Source: Octopus sinensis
Lineage: Eukaryota
DNA length: 64,000 nucleotides
Reading direction: 5' to 3'
Assembly: GCF_006345805.1 (NCBI RefSeq)
Contig: NC_042998.1
Coordinates: forward strand, 145,452,001-145,516,000
The position numbers were made by a program, and so were the translations under genes. Shown piece after piece: positions 12,940-27,881 of this stretch; within the stretch, counting starts at the first letter, position 1, and every line of letters begins with the position of its first letter. The notes beneath the pieces were generated by a model. It ran no database searches. It saw nothing but the letters and a program-made list of their open reading frames with translations, and had not been told where the DNA came from.

Positions 12940-13240
12940 TTATCTATCAATCTATCTGTCTGTGTTTGTCTGTCTGTGTGTCTATATATACCAACATACA
13001 TACATACGTACATGTATACATATGCAACTCCTTATAGACTTGTATACAGTTATAAACACACACACACGCACACATGTATTCACAAAGCAAAGTTCAACAC
13101 AAACTCGAGTCGGGATAGTATATGTACATATGTATGCCTCTATGAATACATACACGTGTGTATGTATATATACATAAAAGTTTGTATGCATGTATCTATG
13201 TCCGTATTATCGCATGTATGTATGTATGTATGTATGTATG

Positions 13241-13272
<32 letters not shown>

Positions 13273-13763
13273 TGTATGCATGCATATATATATATGTATG
13301 CTTGTACGTATGTGTCTCTCTATATGTACACATGTATGTGGGAAAGAGTAACTTCATTTTGAAGAATATATTTAAGTAAATTATTGAATCGCTGAGAAGC
13401 GATATGTTTGGTACATGCCATTTGTAGTTCTGCTTCATCGGAACACTAAAGATTTTTAATTTTCTTAAAGAGCTATAAAAGATCATAGAATGAACGACAA
13501 CTCGAGGTACAAACATAAGAGCGCGCGCGCACACACATACACATACAAACTAATGATACGCTTCATATGCATATACATCGAGGTATACTAGGTTTTACAG
13601 ATACATTCACACATACGCAGTCATCCATATATATAGAATATGTGATATCTGTACACTCTAAACATACACACCATATACTCACAAATTAGTATATATTAGT
13701 ATATATTTGTATATATTTACACGCACTTTTAAATATACATACGTATAGACATACATATATGTA

Positions 13764-13856
<93 letters not shown>

Positions 13857-15190
13857 CCCATCCTCCCTCTCTCTGTATATATACGATAATGGCGAACAGT
13901 GAGAGTGTGTGCTCAATACCGCATTTAGTGGACACACACACACACATATACATGCACACATATATATACATACATTTACAAATATGTATATATATAGGTG
14001 TGTGTGTGTGCATGTGTGTATATATCATATATATATAATATGCACACGCACACGTATATATATTTACATACATATGCATATATATATGTATATGTATGTA
14101 GTATATACATATGTATATGTATATATATACACACACACAGACACATGTACGACTCACCCACACATTTTAAGTGTAAAATCTAATACATTTGCAACATTCC
14201 TCATATCCTCTTTCTTTTCGCGTTCACTGATGTCCTTATATGTGCACATAACTAGACATACACATGCACACAGACACACATACACACACACTTACATACA
14301 TACATGCGTACATACATACATAAATACATACATACATACATACATACATACATACATACATACATACATACATACATACATACATAATGACTGCAAACTC
14401 GTGTTCGGGTATTGTCATCCTCTGATCTAAAGTTCAATACATGCGAAGGCTACGACCACCCATTTTTGTGATGTCTTACTTTTTTTCTTTTCAAGCGATG
14501 CCTGTTTCATTGTCGGGTCGTCGGTGACTAAACAAACCAGCCCCATCATGCTTGCTTGGTGAGGAGGGTTGCTGTTATTGTTGGATACCCTGTAGGACGA
14601 AAAATTAGACCTGTCAAAGGGCGGAAAGGCTCCGTAGTTGTCAATGGCCATCTAGCAATATACGTACACACAAACACACACATACATACATACATACATA
14701 CATACATACATACATACATACATACATACATACATACACACATCCATACATACACACACACACGTGTGTGTGTGTGTGTGTTTTATATCTCGAGACTACG
14801 AATACAGGAACATATTATCAAAGCAGAATTCAGCAAAGATGGGGAAGTTAGATATTAGCGTAATATATAAACTGTTATATAAATTATGCATGCAGATTAA
14901 ATGAATTTCAAACAACTCATAACATATTTGTTTTGAAATAAATACATATATCATATATAACGGGACAAATCTGGAGCCTAGTTATAGATGTAAGTCCTAC
15001 TTTGCCGCCACAGGAGAAACAATCCATTCATTCGAACTCTATATATTTGTACTTGTTGCTCTCGACAAGTACTGAGCGTGATGTAAAGTGACATCGCAGT
15101 AACCCTCACATCCCAAAACACACACAGTCAATAACAAAATACATGTTAATAATAGCTAACAAAGAACGAGAATTATATAATTAAATTCAT

Positions 15191-15251
15191 TAGCTTACAA
15201 CTGTTTGAACTAAGAGAAGTGAATTAAACTACCTCAGCGTCATCAGAGCTA
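15191..15251 (-). ncRNA. Type I hammerhead motif with a G12 lesion
   Basis: UAGCU-CUGAUGA-C-GCUGAGG...UCUUAGU-UC-AAAC-AGUU-GUA/AGCUA; perfect 5-bp stem I. Confidence 0.6.
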
Positions 15252-15447
15252 TCTGTAAAGAAATTTTAACAGACCAATGAATTTGAAAACATAATGAATT
15301 TATAGTTCCAAGAACCGCTGGAATTTATTTAATTCACGGTCGAAAGGAGACTAGAGATTAATCAGACACGCTCGCCTGGTCACAACACACTTAACCATAG
15401 ACAGTGCTGCCATTGTTAAGTATGGCTTCAAGTATATACAATTGCAA

Positions 15448-15651
15448 ACACACACACACACACACATGCACACATATATTCATACACTCATACACACACA
15501 CACATATACATTTTTGTATATATTTATATACATTTATATGTATATATATGTTTATGTATGTATGTATATATATCTTTACATATTCTTACAAAAATATGTA
15601 TAGGTAGATAGATATATGTGTGTGTGTGTATATATATATATATACATACAT

Positions 15652-15687
<36 letters not shown>

Positions 15688-15878
15688 CACATGCACACAT
15701 ATATTCATACACTCATACACACACACACACATATACATTTTTGTATATATTTATATACATTTATATGTATATATATGTTTATGTATGTATGTATATATAT
15801 CTTTACATATTCTTACAAAAATATGTATAGGTAGATAGATATATGTGTGTGTGTGTATATATATATATATACATACAT

Positions 15879-15930
<52 letters not shown>
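15448..15930 (+). repeat. Tandem duplication, about 226-bp unit x2
   Basis: ATGCACACATATATTCATACACTC at 15466 and 15691; TAGGTAGATAG at 15601 and 15828. Confidence 0.9.
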
Positions 15931-15962
<32 letters not shown>

Positions 15963-16582
15963 CTTGCAGTATTGCCTGGCTCGTGCGCTCGTGCGCTCGT
16001 GCGTTCTATGCACGCGCGAATTAAGCTAAACTTGGATGAAGTTCAATCAAAATTCAATTATTTTGGTTTTAAAATCAAGCATTTAATGCCCTCTATTTTT
16101 GCGCTTATGTGTTCCATTTCCTCAATAGGAAGTACGTAGAAACGTTTCATAAATTTTTGTTGATCAAATAATTGCATTGTTGAATTATTCTTTTAGATCA
16201 GTATTTCTCAACGGGGATTTCAGGGGAGAGTTTCAGGGAGTCGCTGGCGATGTATCGTGATGATCAAAAATCCGGCTTGCTAAAATTTGGTTAAATTGAT
16301 TCCAACAGCAGACTCAACGCAAAATGGTCACATTTAATTCAAAGCGTTAAAAATGTTATGAAAACAATTGGTATGTGTTCACAAAGTCCAAACGATTAAT
16401 ACGAAAAAACCCTCCAGGCTACATCCCGAAAATTCATTTCTTTGCCGAATTTCTATAATGTTTACGGCGATTCGTTTTTATATCTTGATTTTTTATTGTT
16501 CATGCAATTTACGCATGCTTGCACGCGTGGTGAACACAGTTCACGTCAAGCAGCTGACTGAGTAAAGTTCACTATTCAATGC

Positions 16583-17203
16583 ATAGGATAAGGCCTAAAC
16601 AAACACATTATCGATTTTTGCACTTGCGAGATGAATTTCGGAACAGAAATAGCGCAGTTCAATTTTCATTCGCCTAAGCTTTAAGTGACCCATTTTGGGT
16701 GGTTCTATGATTTGTTGGCTAGGAGGAGATGTGCCGGGAAGTTAAACACACAAACACACACACAGATACACAAGTTGAGTTTTATGTATATAGATAAATC
16801 TTAGGTGTGGTTGTGTGGTAAGAAGCTTGCTTCCCAACCACACAGTTACGGGTTCAGTCCCACTGCGTGACATCTTGGGTAAGTGTATTCTACTATACCC
16901 TCGGGTCGACCAAAGGCATTTGAATGGAAATTTTGTTTTCCCTATAAAACATATATTGCTAGATTTGCACCCCTTCGAAACCCGACTACACTCTAGTTGA
17001 AAGATATAGAATACCTCATAAGTAATATATACGTCCTAAATTCGGTGCTGGCGTTAATGAGGACGTTACGCGCTAATTTAATGTCTTAGACTTATTTTTA
17101 TTAATGTATCTCGAATTATACATAGATATATACAAGATTTACTCAGATATAAGAGTTAGAAACTGTGATCCACTCGCTGACCCTTTTCTTTCGAAATATT
17201 TGC
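16583..17203 (+). repeat. Left arm (621 bp) of a near-perfect inverted repeat; contains a truncated family B SINE at 16803-16920
   Basis: Reverse complement of 19903-20522; one substitution and one 1-bp indel seen. Confidence 0.95.
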
Positions 17204-17233
17204 CCGCCGCACTGAAAAGTTTCCCCACCCTTG

Positions 17234-18005
17234 AACTACATACTCGAATCAAATGGTCCTGATTCATTGTGGACATTACTTAGACTATGGCAGCTTTCAA
17301 AGAATCTTTGGTGTTATGGGCATGTTCATTGACCTCTCTCTCAACAACGCTCCACATGTAATAGTCCAATGGATTGAGATCTCGAGAATTAGGAGGCCAA
17401 ATGTTAGGGGTTATGTGATCATGAAAATTTTCAGCCATCCATTCCTGTGTTACTGGAGCCATGTGTGATAGTGCAGAGTCTTACTGAAATACATATGGCT
17501 TTCAATTGCATACATTGTCTATCCAAGGTTTAACAATTATTTCCAGGACCTCAATGTAGGCGGCAGAGTTAACTCTAAGGCCTTGTGGAAAGAAGTAAGG
17601 AGGTATCACATGTCCTTCATTGCTGACAACTCCTAAAACCATGACAGTTGCAGAAAATTTTATATGCATAACCTTGGATCTTCAGAAGGGTCTGCACATA
17701 ACCATCTGTCATTTCTTTTGTTAACATTTTGATCTTGGTCGAAGTTTTTCAAGTTTGAGAAAAACCAAATCAAATCTTCTGCTGGACATTTTAGTTTGTT
17801 TAAGAACCTTTTAGATATGATGTAGTGATTTTCTTTGACTTTTTCTGACAAATTGACCTTTCCTCATCATATAAGTCTTATATCTGATGTCTTCGTGGAC
17901 AACATTTCTGACTGTCCCTTCTGGCACATAGAGATCTTTTGCAATTGATCTCATGGAATTTCTGGGATTGTAATCAATGGTCTGCTGAACTTGCTGGATA
18001 AGTTC
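17234..18005 (-). pseudogene. Decayed maT (DD37D) Tc1/mariner-superfamily transposase
   Basis: SMRSIAKDLYVPEGTVRNVVHEDI (HTH), KNFDQDQNVNKRNDRW, WPPNSRDLNPLDYYMWSVVE; frameshifts and stops. Confidence 0.85.
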
Positions 18006-18354
18006 AATTCGATTTCGTATTAGGGGTTCTACAGAGTGTTAGGTGACAGTCCGATTATGTAACCCAGCGTTCTTCAGAGATGGCAGTTATGGAATGAAAT
18101 ATGCCGATACATACATACATACATACATGATGATGGCTGTTGATTACAATCCCAGAAATTCCATGAGATCAATTGCAAAAGATCTCTATGTGCCAGAAGG
18201 GACAGTCAGAAATGTTGTCCACGTAGACATCATACATACATACATACATACATACATACATACATACATACATACATACATACATACATACATACATACA
18301 TACACATATATATATATGTACAAACATATATATACACACACACACATATATACA

Positions 18355-18560
18355 TGATAGATTGCTAGCCACTACACATTCTTTATTTTCTCTCCCTGTT
18401 GCTTTCTGTGTTCCTTTCTGTGGAAGAGTGTAGGCTCGAAACGTTAAAGACTTTTTCACTTCCCGAGCGTTAAACCAATACATCTGTTTGTTGTCTACAC
18501 CACTTGCCTTCGTCTTGTGTTCATTTTTTTTTGTGAATTCTCCCTAAATATATACAAACT
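18355..18560 (+). mobile_element. About 200-bp Penelope-like non-autonomous repeat with a minimal hammerhead-like motif at 18414-18449
   Basis: CUUU-CUGUGGA-A-GAGU/GCUC-GAAACGUU/AAAG; homologue at 60760-60950; microsatellite flanks. Confidence 0.6.
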
Positions 18561-18596
<36 letters not shown>

Positions 18597-18660
18597 AACA
18601 CACATACATATATATATAAATATAAATATATATATACATATATATATATATGTATATATA

Positions 18661-18894
18661 CAAGGTTGGTCTAAAGTCACCTGACAGTAAATCAAAACCA
18701 TTTAATCCCAAGATTTATTTATGTTTCACAACTGAATGAATTTAATAAAAGCATCTATATATGAAACATCATGAAAGTTGTTCAAACTGAAGTCCTTCTT
18801 GAGCGACACCATTTTCCCAAATAAATAAATAAAATTGAATATTAAATATTTATAGAATTTTGCTTTACTGTCGAGTGACTTTTGGCCAACCCTG
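18661..18894. mobile_element. 234-bp Tc1/mariner-type MITE with TA TSD
   Basis: TIRs CAAGGTTGGTCTAAAGTCACCTGACAGTAAATCAAAA and (rc) CAGGGTTGGCCAAAAGTCACTCGACAGTAAAGCAAAA, 6 mismatches; TA on both sides. Confidence 0.85.
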
Positions 18895-19518
18895 TATATT
18901 ACTGCATATGTGTGCGCGCACATGTGCACGTTTGTGTATATAAAAGGAAACGATAAATAGTATCTAACTACATCTTAAACTTTATAATTTAGCTATACAT
19001 GCTGTAAATTTTACGTACCTATTCTTATGTATTATATCATATATTATTGAAAGGTTTCATTTTTGATTATATCATCAACATCATATACATACATATACAT
19101 GCATACCAATATAAATACACACATACATATACACATACACAACACACGCACAACACGCACACATACATACACATATGTATATATACAGACATGTATGTAC
19201 GTGTGTGTATGTGTGTACGCGAGTGTACCAGTTGGTCTATCATTGATATCGCATGCTCATTGTTTTTTAGCGCCAGTGATTGATTATACCACGTACTGAA
19301 TATATTCCTCAGGCAGAACTTTGTGTGACACTTTCTGACATGACTGACATCTCGAATTATAGATTACCGTCCATCTATTATATATATTAATATTACATGT
19401 TGACAGGCGATTTTCTAAGTGGTTGTTCTGCCTCCGAGAAATATCGTATAAAATCTTAGCAAATCAGTACAAGGCACATTATTTGACACTTTATTTGACA
19501 ATAAAAAAGAGCAGATAT

Positions 19519-19679
19519 TTCGTTTGTCTTTACGTTATGAGTTAAAATTCCCTTGAGGTTGACTTCGCCTTTCATCCTTTCGGGGTCAAAAACATTAACT
19601 ACCAGTTGTGTATTAGGGTCGATCTAATCGACTGGCCCCCTCTCCCAAATTTCGGTCCTTGTGCCTAGAGTAGAAAAGA
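19519..19679 (+). mobile_element. Family A SINE, 5'-truncated
   Basis: GTTGACTTCGCCTTTCATCCTTTCGGGGTC...CCTTGTGCCTAGAGTAGAAAAG. Confidence 0.85.
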
Positions 19680-19902
19680 ATAAAAAAGAGTAGAACTTCA
19701 TAATTGGAATGCATTCGATCTCAGCCAGCTCGCTGCTTTAATGATAGACTCACTCATCGAAAGACGACTATTGAGCGTTCAGCTTTTGCCGAACGACCTG
19801 CAGAAATGAATTGCTTATAGTGATCAAATGTTCGTGCCATATATTAGCTCACTCCTTCTATCAAGTCGACGATGTCTAAACAGGGGTACGGTGTACCACA
19901 CC

Positions 19903-20522
19903 GCAAATATTTCGAAAGAAAAGGGTCAGCGAGTGGATCACAGTTTCTAACTCTTATATCTGAGTAAATCTTGTATATATCTATGTATAATTCGAGATAC
20001 ATTAATAAAAATAAGTCTAAGACATTAAATTAGCGCGTAACGTCCTCATTAACGCCAGCACCGAATTTAGGACGTATATATTACTTATGAGGTATTCTAT
20101 ATCTTTCAACTAGAGTATAGTCGGGTTTCGAAGGGGTGCAAATCTAGCAATATATGTTTTATAGGGAAAACAAAATTTCCATTCAAATGCCTTTGGTCGA
20201 CCCGAGGGTATAGTAGAATACACTTACCCAAGATGTCACGCAGTGGGACTGAACCCGTAACTGTGTGGTGGGAAGCAAGCTTCTTACCACACAACCACAC
20301 CTAAGATTTATCTATATACATAAAACTCAACTTGTGTATCTGTGTGTGTGTTTGTGTGTTTAACTTCCCGGCACATCTCCTCCTAGCCAACAAATCATAG
20401 AACCACCCAAAATGGGTCACTTAAAGCTTAGGCGAATGAAAATTGAACTGCGCTATTTCTGTTCCGAAATTCATCTCGCAAGTGCAAAAATCGATAATGT
20501 GTTTGTTTAGGCCTTATCCTAT
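19903..20522 (-). repeat. Right arm (620 bp) of the near-perfect inverted repeat
   Basis: Reverse complement of 16583-17203. Confidence 0.95.
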
Positions 20523-20637
20523 ACTTATTAAAGTAACGCGAGACGAAGTATTTTGCTCAAGAACACAACACACTGCTCGATCTAGGAACTGAAACCACAT
20601 TCATGCCATACGTCCGTACCACTATGCCACGCGTCCT

Positions 20638-20790
<153 letters not shown>

Positions 20791-21357
20791 TGATGAAAAT
20801 AAATGCCCTGATGCAGTACCAGTCACTGGTTCACATGGCTCCTGATCTTAACTGATTGGAAGTGGTATCATGTACATGTTTTGTCTTGATATAAAAGATG
20901 AGCTTCAGCAAATATCCTGCTCAATACCACAGATTTGCTTGTCAATTGTTTGACTATAACCAGTTGAGCATGTTCCTTGGTGGTGAACGATATGTGCATC
21001 TCTGATTACGAGCAGAAGTAGTGGGAGAGCATCATAGCTATGTGTTGAGAGGAATTTTGGAGGGTTTAAATAATTCATCTCTGGAAACAGATATTTCGAT
21101 CAACATCCTAAAACAACTTTTATTCGGGGACCTTTTGAAAATGATGGGCTACTCAACCTGAAGAAAATTCTAACTGAGCCCCACCTGCAAGATCATGCGC
21201 TGTTTATCTTGATATGAGATCACCATGTCGCGCACATATGATTGTGATGCATGCGCCTGGTGTATCCTTATCAGACGAGTAGTCATGATGGGTATATTGG
21301 GCTTCGTATACTTTGCCCCAGTGTCACTCTGATGGCATGCGCTGCTCTCTCACTCAA
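20791..21357. mobile_element. Unclassified interspersed repeat of about 570 bp embedded in (AAT)n
   Basis: Complex sequence bounded by AAT runs; resembles from recall a dispersed octopus repeat; only one copy in this window. Confidence 0.4.
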
Positions 21358-21374
21358 TAAAAATAATAATAATG

Positions 21375-21770
21375 TGAAACTCCTGAGAAACTTAAAAATC
21401 TAGAGAGATTAAGTTTTTGAACATACGAGGCCAAGCATAACTTTGGTAGAGAAGGGTTCTGTAAGGAGATGTCTGTTGATCGATTTGCTTGCACAGGAAA
21501 TCATCGTATCAATGATAAAGAAACCGAGAAATTGTAAAATATCCAGACTTGAGAATAGATGTCGAGAGAATGTGAAATTTGAAAACAAGAATAGTACCAA
21601 TTGTGACTGGAACATTTGGGTCAGTGCCGAAAAGCATTCAGAAACACCTTGACACATTGGAATCGGTCCCAGCATTGGAACATTGTAAAAGTCAACACTT
21701 TTTTAGTACAGCAAATATCCTGCAGAAAGTACTGTCTACTTGAGGGTGCATAACTTGATAGGAAATTAAT
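21375..21770 (+). mobile_element. Degenerate R4/Dong RLE C-terminal fragment
   Basis: HTRPSITLVEK..CLLID..KYPDLRIDVERM..RIVPIVTG..TANILQKVL; preceded by (AAT)n. Confidence 0.75.
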
Positions 21771-21809
21771 TAAACTATCCAAAGTTAACAATGTTCAAAT
21801 GAAGAAATA

Positions 21810-21925
21810 ATCCTTTCTATTACAGGCACAAAGCCTGGAATTTGGTGGGAGTGGACTAGCCGATTACATCGACCCCAGTACTCAACTGGTACTTAATTTA
21901 TCGACGCCGGATGAAAGGCAAGTCC
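21810..21925 (-). mobile_element. 5'-truncated family A SINE
   Basis: CCTTTCTATTACAGGCACAAAGCC...GATTACATCGACCCCAG. Confidence 0.8.
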
Positions 21926-22424
21926 AAACAATAAAAATTGTTTTAAAATTAGATATAAGGCCAGTAATTTGATAGAAGGTGAACATCCAAATATAGCACG
22001 TGACTTCAGTACGTGAATGATAGTATATTTAGAAAATAAAGAAAAACGCCCGTTGTCGCTGGTTATGCGCAAGTTTCCAAATATGAAAAGAAAAAAATAG
22101 CAAAACAAAAGAAAGAATTTTTTTTAAATCGAGAATCAAAATTGAATAAAAAATATTTGGTATTTTAAGGCTGACATTCAGTGTTAATAATTGATATTTC
22201 CTTAGAGAGATGTCTAATTTGTTCTTGTTTGCAATCTTTATTAATTACACACGTCGAATTCATTAGTGAAAGTTATTTTTGTAAAAGTGAATGTTGTTGG
22301 AGTTAATCTATGAATGTTGAAGTGTAGAATCGACGACGAGGAAGTGGAAAACATCGGCGATTGAAACGTGTCATACAACAGAAATTTGTTCTGGAGTTTT
22401 CTTGACTTAGCACGTCCCAAATGC

Positions 22425-22620
<196 letters not shown>

Positions 22621-22650
22621 TAGAGATGTATTTATGTATGCATATATATA

Positions 22651-23649
<999 letters not shown>

Positions 23650-24334
23650 AAATAGATATACATACATACACATACATATACATATTCTGTTTTAAAATAT
23701 TAACTGTGTCGTAGTTAATAGTGTTTTGGTTTTTATGTCCTCATGGTTAAAGCTTTCTTACTACTTACATTATCACATGCGGGAACGCGATGAGCTGACA
23801 AAACCGACTTACCATTCCCCCGAACTTGCTGGCCTTGTGCCAAAATTTAACACCAATATTATCATAAGCCGGGTGAAGTATGGGTATGATCATAATATGG
23901 TACACACGCAATCACCTCCGTCTCTAGACGCTGCCGCCATATTTGTAAAGTGCGTTTTAGGGTCCATGGAAAATCTATACAGTATGGAGGGAAAATATCT
24001 CTATTACTGGAACGAAAGGTCTATTCAACACCACAGGCTGATGTGGGAACCATATTAATATCTACATATAATATGTGAAGTTGATCAGAAATGAATGTAT
24101 CTTGGATAACATAGCAGCAGTTGTGGTTTGTAGATCTGCTTTCTACAAACAGGGCGTGAGAGGTTAGCCAACATGTAATCGTCGTCCTAATACTGATCTT
24201 ACGTTTTATGAAAACCAAAGTGAATATTTACAAAGAAAATTTTTTAACTATCCTAAGACACGTATCCCTGTAGTTAGGGTGTTGCTTACACGATCGCAAA
24301 ATCTTGTTTTTGATTCTCGAATCTGGCAATGAGT

Positions 24335-24490
24335 CTCTAATTATGCGAGGTCACATGGGCCCGTGGTTAGGGTGCTGCATACATAATCGCAAAATCGTGG
24401 CCCTAAATCTCGAACCTAATGTTGCGTTGTGTTCTAGAGCAAAACACCTCCTTTCATGTTGTTCCATTTCATACAGTCATAAATGAGCTC
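24335..24490 (+). mobile_element. Degenerate tRNA-derived SINE (family C-like)
   Basis: GGCCCGTGGTTAGGGTG...TGCGTTGTGTTCTAGAGCAAAACAC. Confidence 0.55.
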
Positions 24491-24811
24491 ATTTAAAAGG
24501 GTATTCCTTTTAAAGTAAATGTTGTGATCTCGGTGACTTATACGCCATGGAAATCAGGTAACCGGCCCTTTGGGATCTAAGATTCGAGGGAGTAATGTCC
24601 TCTAACTATCCAAACAAAATTCTTAGTCAAAGATGGAAACATTTATGAAAAATAATAGATGCTACTTTATAAATTTAAAACTCTTCGATTGAACAACAGA
24701 ATAATTAGAAATTGTTAAAAAGATGCTAAATCGATGATACGTTATTAAATGTATGTCAATCCTAAAATGACTTTCGAACGAAATATGACGAACACCTTCT
24801 CTTAGTTTTTC

Positions 24812-25205
24812 TTTTATCGTTTATTTGTTCCAGTCGTTGGACTGCGGCCATGCTGGGGTACCACCCTGAAGAATCTTCAGTCGAATGAATCGACCCCAAT
24901 ACTTTTTTTTTTAGCATGGTACATATTTTATCGGACTCTTTTACTGAACCGTTAAGTTACAGGGACGTAACGACACCAACATCGATTGTCAAACGATGGT
25001 GTGGGACAAATACAAACACATACAGACAGATAAATAGACACACGCACACACACAAACACACACACGAGGTATTTCTTTCAGTTTCCGTCTACCAAATTCA
25101 CTCAGAAGACTTTGCTTGGCCCCAAACTATAGTAAGGTACCACAGTGAAACTAAACGCGAAACTATGTGGTTGGGAAGCAAGCTTCTTACCATACAGCCA
25201 CGCCT
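24812..25205 (-). mobile_element. Family B SINE, near full length
   Basis: GACTGCGGCCATGCTGGGGTACC...GGTTGGGAAGCAAGCTTCTTACCATACAGCCAC. Confidence 0.85.
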
Positions 25206-25752
25206 GTGTCTAAGTCTAATGGGGAGAATTCTATACAGTGATAATTCAGCCAATATGTTGTGATGGGGAAACGTAACATGAAACAAAGCATAAACACACT
25301 ACTCCTTCAAGACTTGATTAATATAAACCGACAATCACACGGTTAACATGAGACAATCTAGGGACAAATAAAAGACAACGTCATTAACATTTGCAATGCA
25401 GTAAGACAAGAGGATGTCTGTTACATAAAGTCAATACCGAAAACAAGTGTGACGAAAGAGTTTTAAGAGGCCATAAATAGCATTAATGAAGCTCCGAAAG
25501 CAATAAACGAAGAGTATGAAATAAATAGCAAATATCTAAACTATTTGATCTTTGATACAATTAAATCAGTTGTGACGACATAATATATAATATCAGTGAT
25601 TATCAAAAATTACATGGGAAATTATATAGGTTAGCCAATATACCCTGTTGAAGAAATGAATTATTCCGAAAACTTTATTCCAGTCATATAACCCTAGCCA
25701 TCGATCACTACATGCAAACAAAATTAAGGATCAAAGGAACCATTCTTAACTT

Positions 25753-25983
25753 AAAGCTGGGAGAATCGTTAGCACACCGGGCAAAATACTTAGTGGCATT
25801 TCGTCCGTCATTACGTTCTGACTTCAAATTCTACCGAGGTCGACTTTGTTTTTTATCCTTTGCTTTTTTTCCTTTTATCATTTCGTAGGGTCGATTAAAA
25901 TAAGTACCAGTTGAGCACTGGGGTTGATGTCACTGACTTAGCCCATCCCATGAAATGCCGGCCTTGAATTGAAATTTGAAATC
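25753..25983 (+). mobile_element. Family A SINE
   Basis: GAGAATCGTTAGCACACCGGGC...GTCGACTTTG. Confidence 0.85.
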
Positions 25984-26153
25984 AATAAATTTCGTTAATA
26001 TGCAAATGGCTCAGGCATGACTGTGTAGCTAAGAAGCATTAATATATGTTTAATATATAATTAGGAAAATATGTTTTTACTAAATGATAAAAGAGTTTAT
26101 CTTCTTTATTGATTATACAGAGGCATAACAACAACAACAACAACAATAATAAT

Positions 26154-26222
<69 letters not shown>

Positions 26223-26387
26223 CCTTTCTACTATAGGCACAAGGCCAGGATTTTGCGTAATTTATCAACTCCGAAAGGAAGAAAGGCAAAGTCGACCTCG
26301 TCGGAATATTAACTCAGAGCGTCGCGGCAGACGAAATACAGCTAAACATTTCGGCCGGCGTGCTAAAGATTCTGCCAGATCACAACC

Positions 26388-26451
<64 letters not shown>

Positions 26452-26662
26452 GCCTTTCTGCTATAGACACCGGGTCTAAAATCGGGGGAGGGAAGTAGTC
26501 GATTACATCGACCTCAGTGTTTCAACCTCGAAAAAATGGAAGGCAAAGTTGACCTTGGCGGAATTTGAACTCAGAACGTAGCGGCAGATGAAATACCGCC
26601 AGACACTTCGCCCGGCGTGCTAACGATTCTGCCAGCTCACCACCTTAATAATAATAATAATG

Positions 26663-26740
<78 letters not shown>

Positions 26741-26759
26741 GTTATTGTTATTATTATTA

Positions 26760-26811
<52 letters not shown>

Positions 26812-27881
26812 GTTTTAAAATTTTGCCACAAGGGCAGCAATTATGCAGGAAGGGATGTGTCGATTACATCGATCCCAGTGTTCTACTAGTACTTATTTTA
26901 TCGACCCTGAAAGGATGAAAGGCAACGTCGACCACTTAAAAAGTATATAAAAAAAGACTCCGAATACCAGAACCCATGAGTAAACGCTACAAGATATCTT
27001 CCCGATTCTTTAACAATCCTTCCAATGACTCGTTCCCGACTGGTTTTTTCACCGGTCCCAAAAGGGTTGAAAGACAAAATTAACTTTGATGGCATCTGAA
27101 CAAGATTCAGAGCATAACAAATTGGAGTAGATACCGCAAGGTGTTCTGTTTCAGTTTTTGCCAATTCTTCATCGCAACCGCTTTGATAAAAGGCTTCAGA
27201 AGTAAAAAAAAAAAGTGTGAGTTTGAACAGCAAAGAAATCTCATAACCAAAATTCTTTATTGCATTACATACAGATATTAGTATCAATTTTTGGCGTAAT
27301 GCCAGCAAATTCAGGGAAAGCTTAGATGGCTACATCGACCCCACTGCTCGACTGGCACTTATTTTATCGGCTCCGAAAGGCGAAAGGAAGAGTCAGCCTC
27401 GGGGAAATTTGAACTTAGAACGTAAAGACTGACGAAATACCACTCAGCATTTTCCCTGTTATGCTAACGATTCCACCAGCTAGCTTCCTCGTTATATATG
27501 AATATTCTTTTCTACGCTAGGCACAAGGCCCGAATTTTTGGGGAGGGGCCAGTCGATAAGATCAGCCCCAGTACGCAAGGATGAAAGGCAAAGTCGACCT
27601 CGACGGAATTTGAACTCAGAACGTAAAGACAGACGAAATACCTATTTCTTTACTACCCACAAGGGGCTAAACACAGAGGGGACAAACAAGGACAGACAAA
27701 CGGATTAAGCCGATTACATCGACCCCAGTGCGTAACTGGTACTTAATTTATCGACCCCGATTGATGAAATGCAAAGTCGACCTCGGCGGAATTTGAACTC
27801 AGAACTCAGAACGTAGCGGCAGACGAAATACCGCAAAGCATTTCGCCCAGCGTGTTAACATTTCTGCCACCTCGTCGCCTT
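26223..27881 (-). mobile_element. Chain of 6-7 same-strand family A SINEs separated by (AAT)n/(TTA)n tracts
   Basis: Copies at about 26223-26389, 26452-26646, 26812-26935, 27290-27490, 27507-27642 and 27643-27881, plus a degenerate copy near 27030-27190. Confidence 0.88.

Noticed and set aside
16199-16215. CAGTATTTCTCAAC as a hAT left end paired with 17233
   Set aside because: The two ends are not reverse complements and no TSD was found
18010-18090. Minus-strand CTGAAGA...GAAATCGA as a hammerhead in the centre of the nested inverted repeat
   Set aside because: Stem I does not pair and stem III needs an extra base
19302-19444. Short inverted repeat AGGCAGAAC/GTTCTGCCT as a MITE
   Set aside because: Only 9 perfect bp plus an imperfect extension; no clear TSD; single copy
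25560-25680. Possible GIY-YIG remnant (IIYNI...NYIG)
   Set aside because: Needs a frameshift, too short and AT-rich to support
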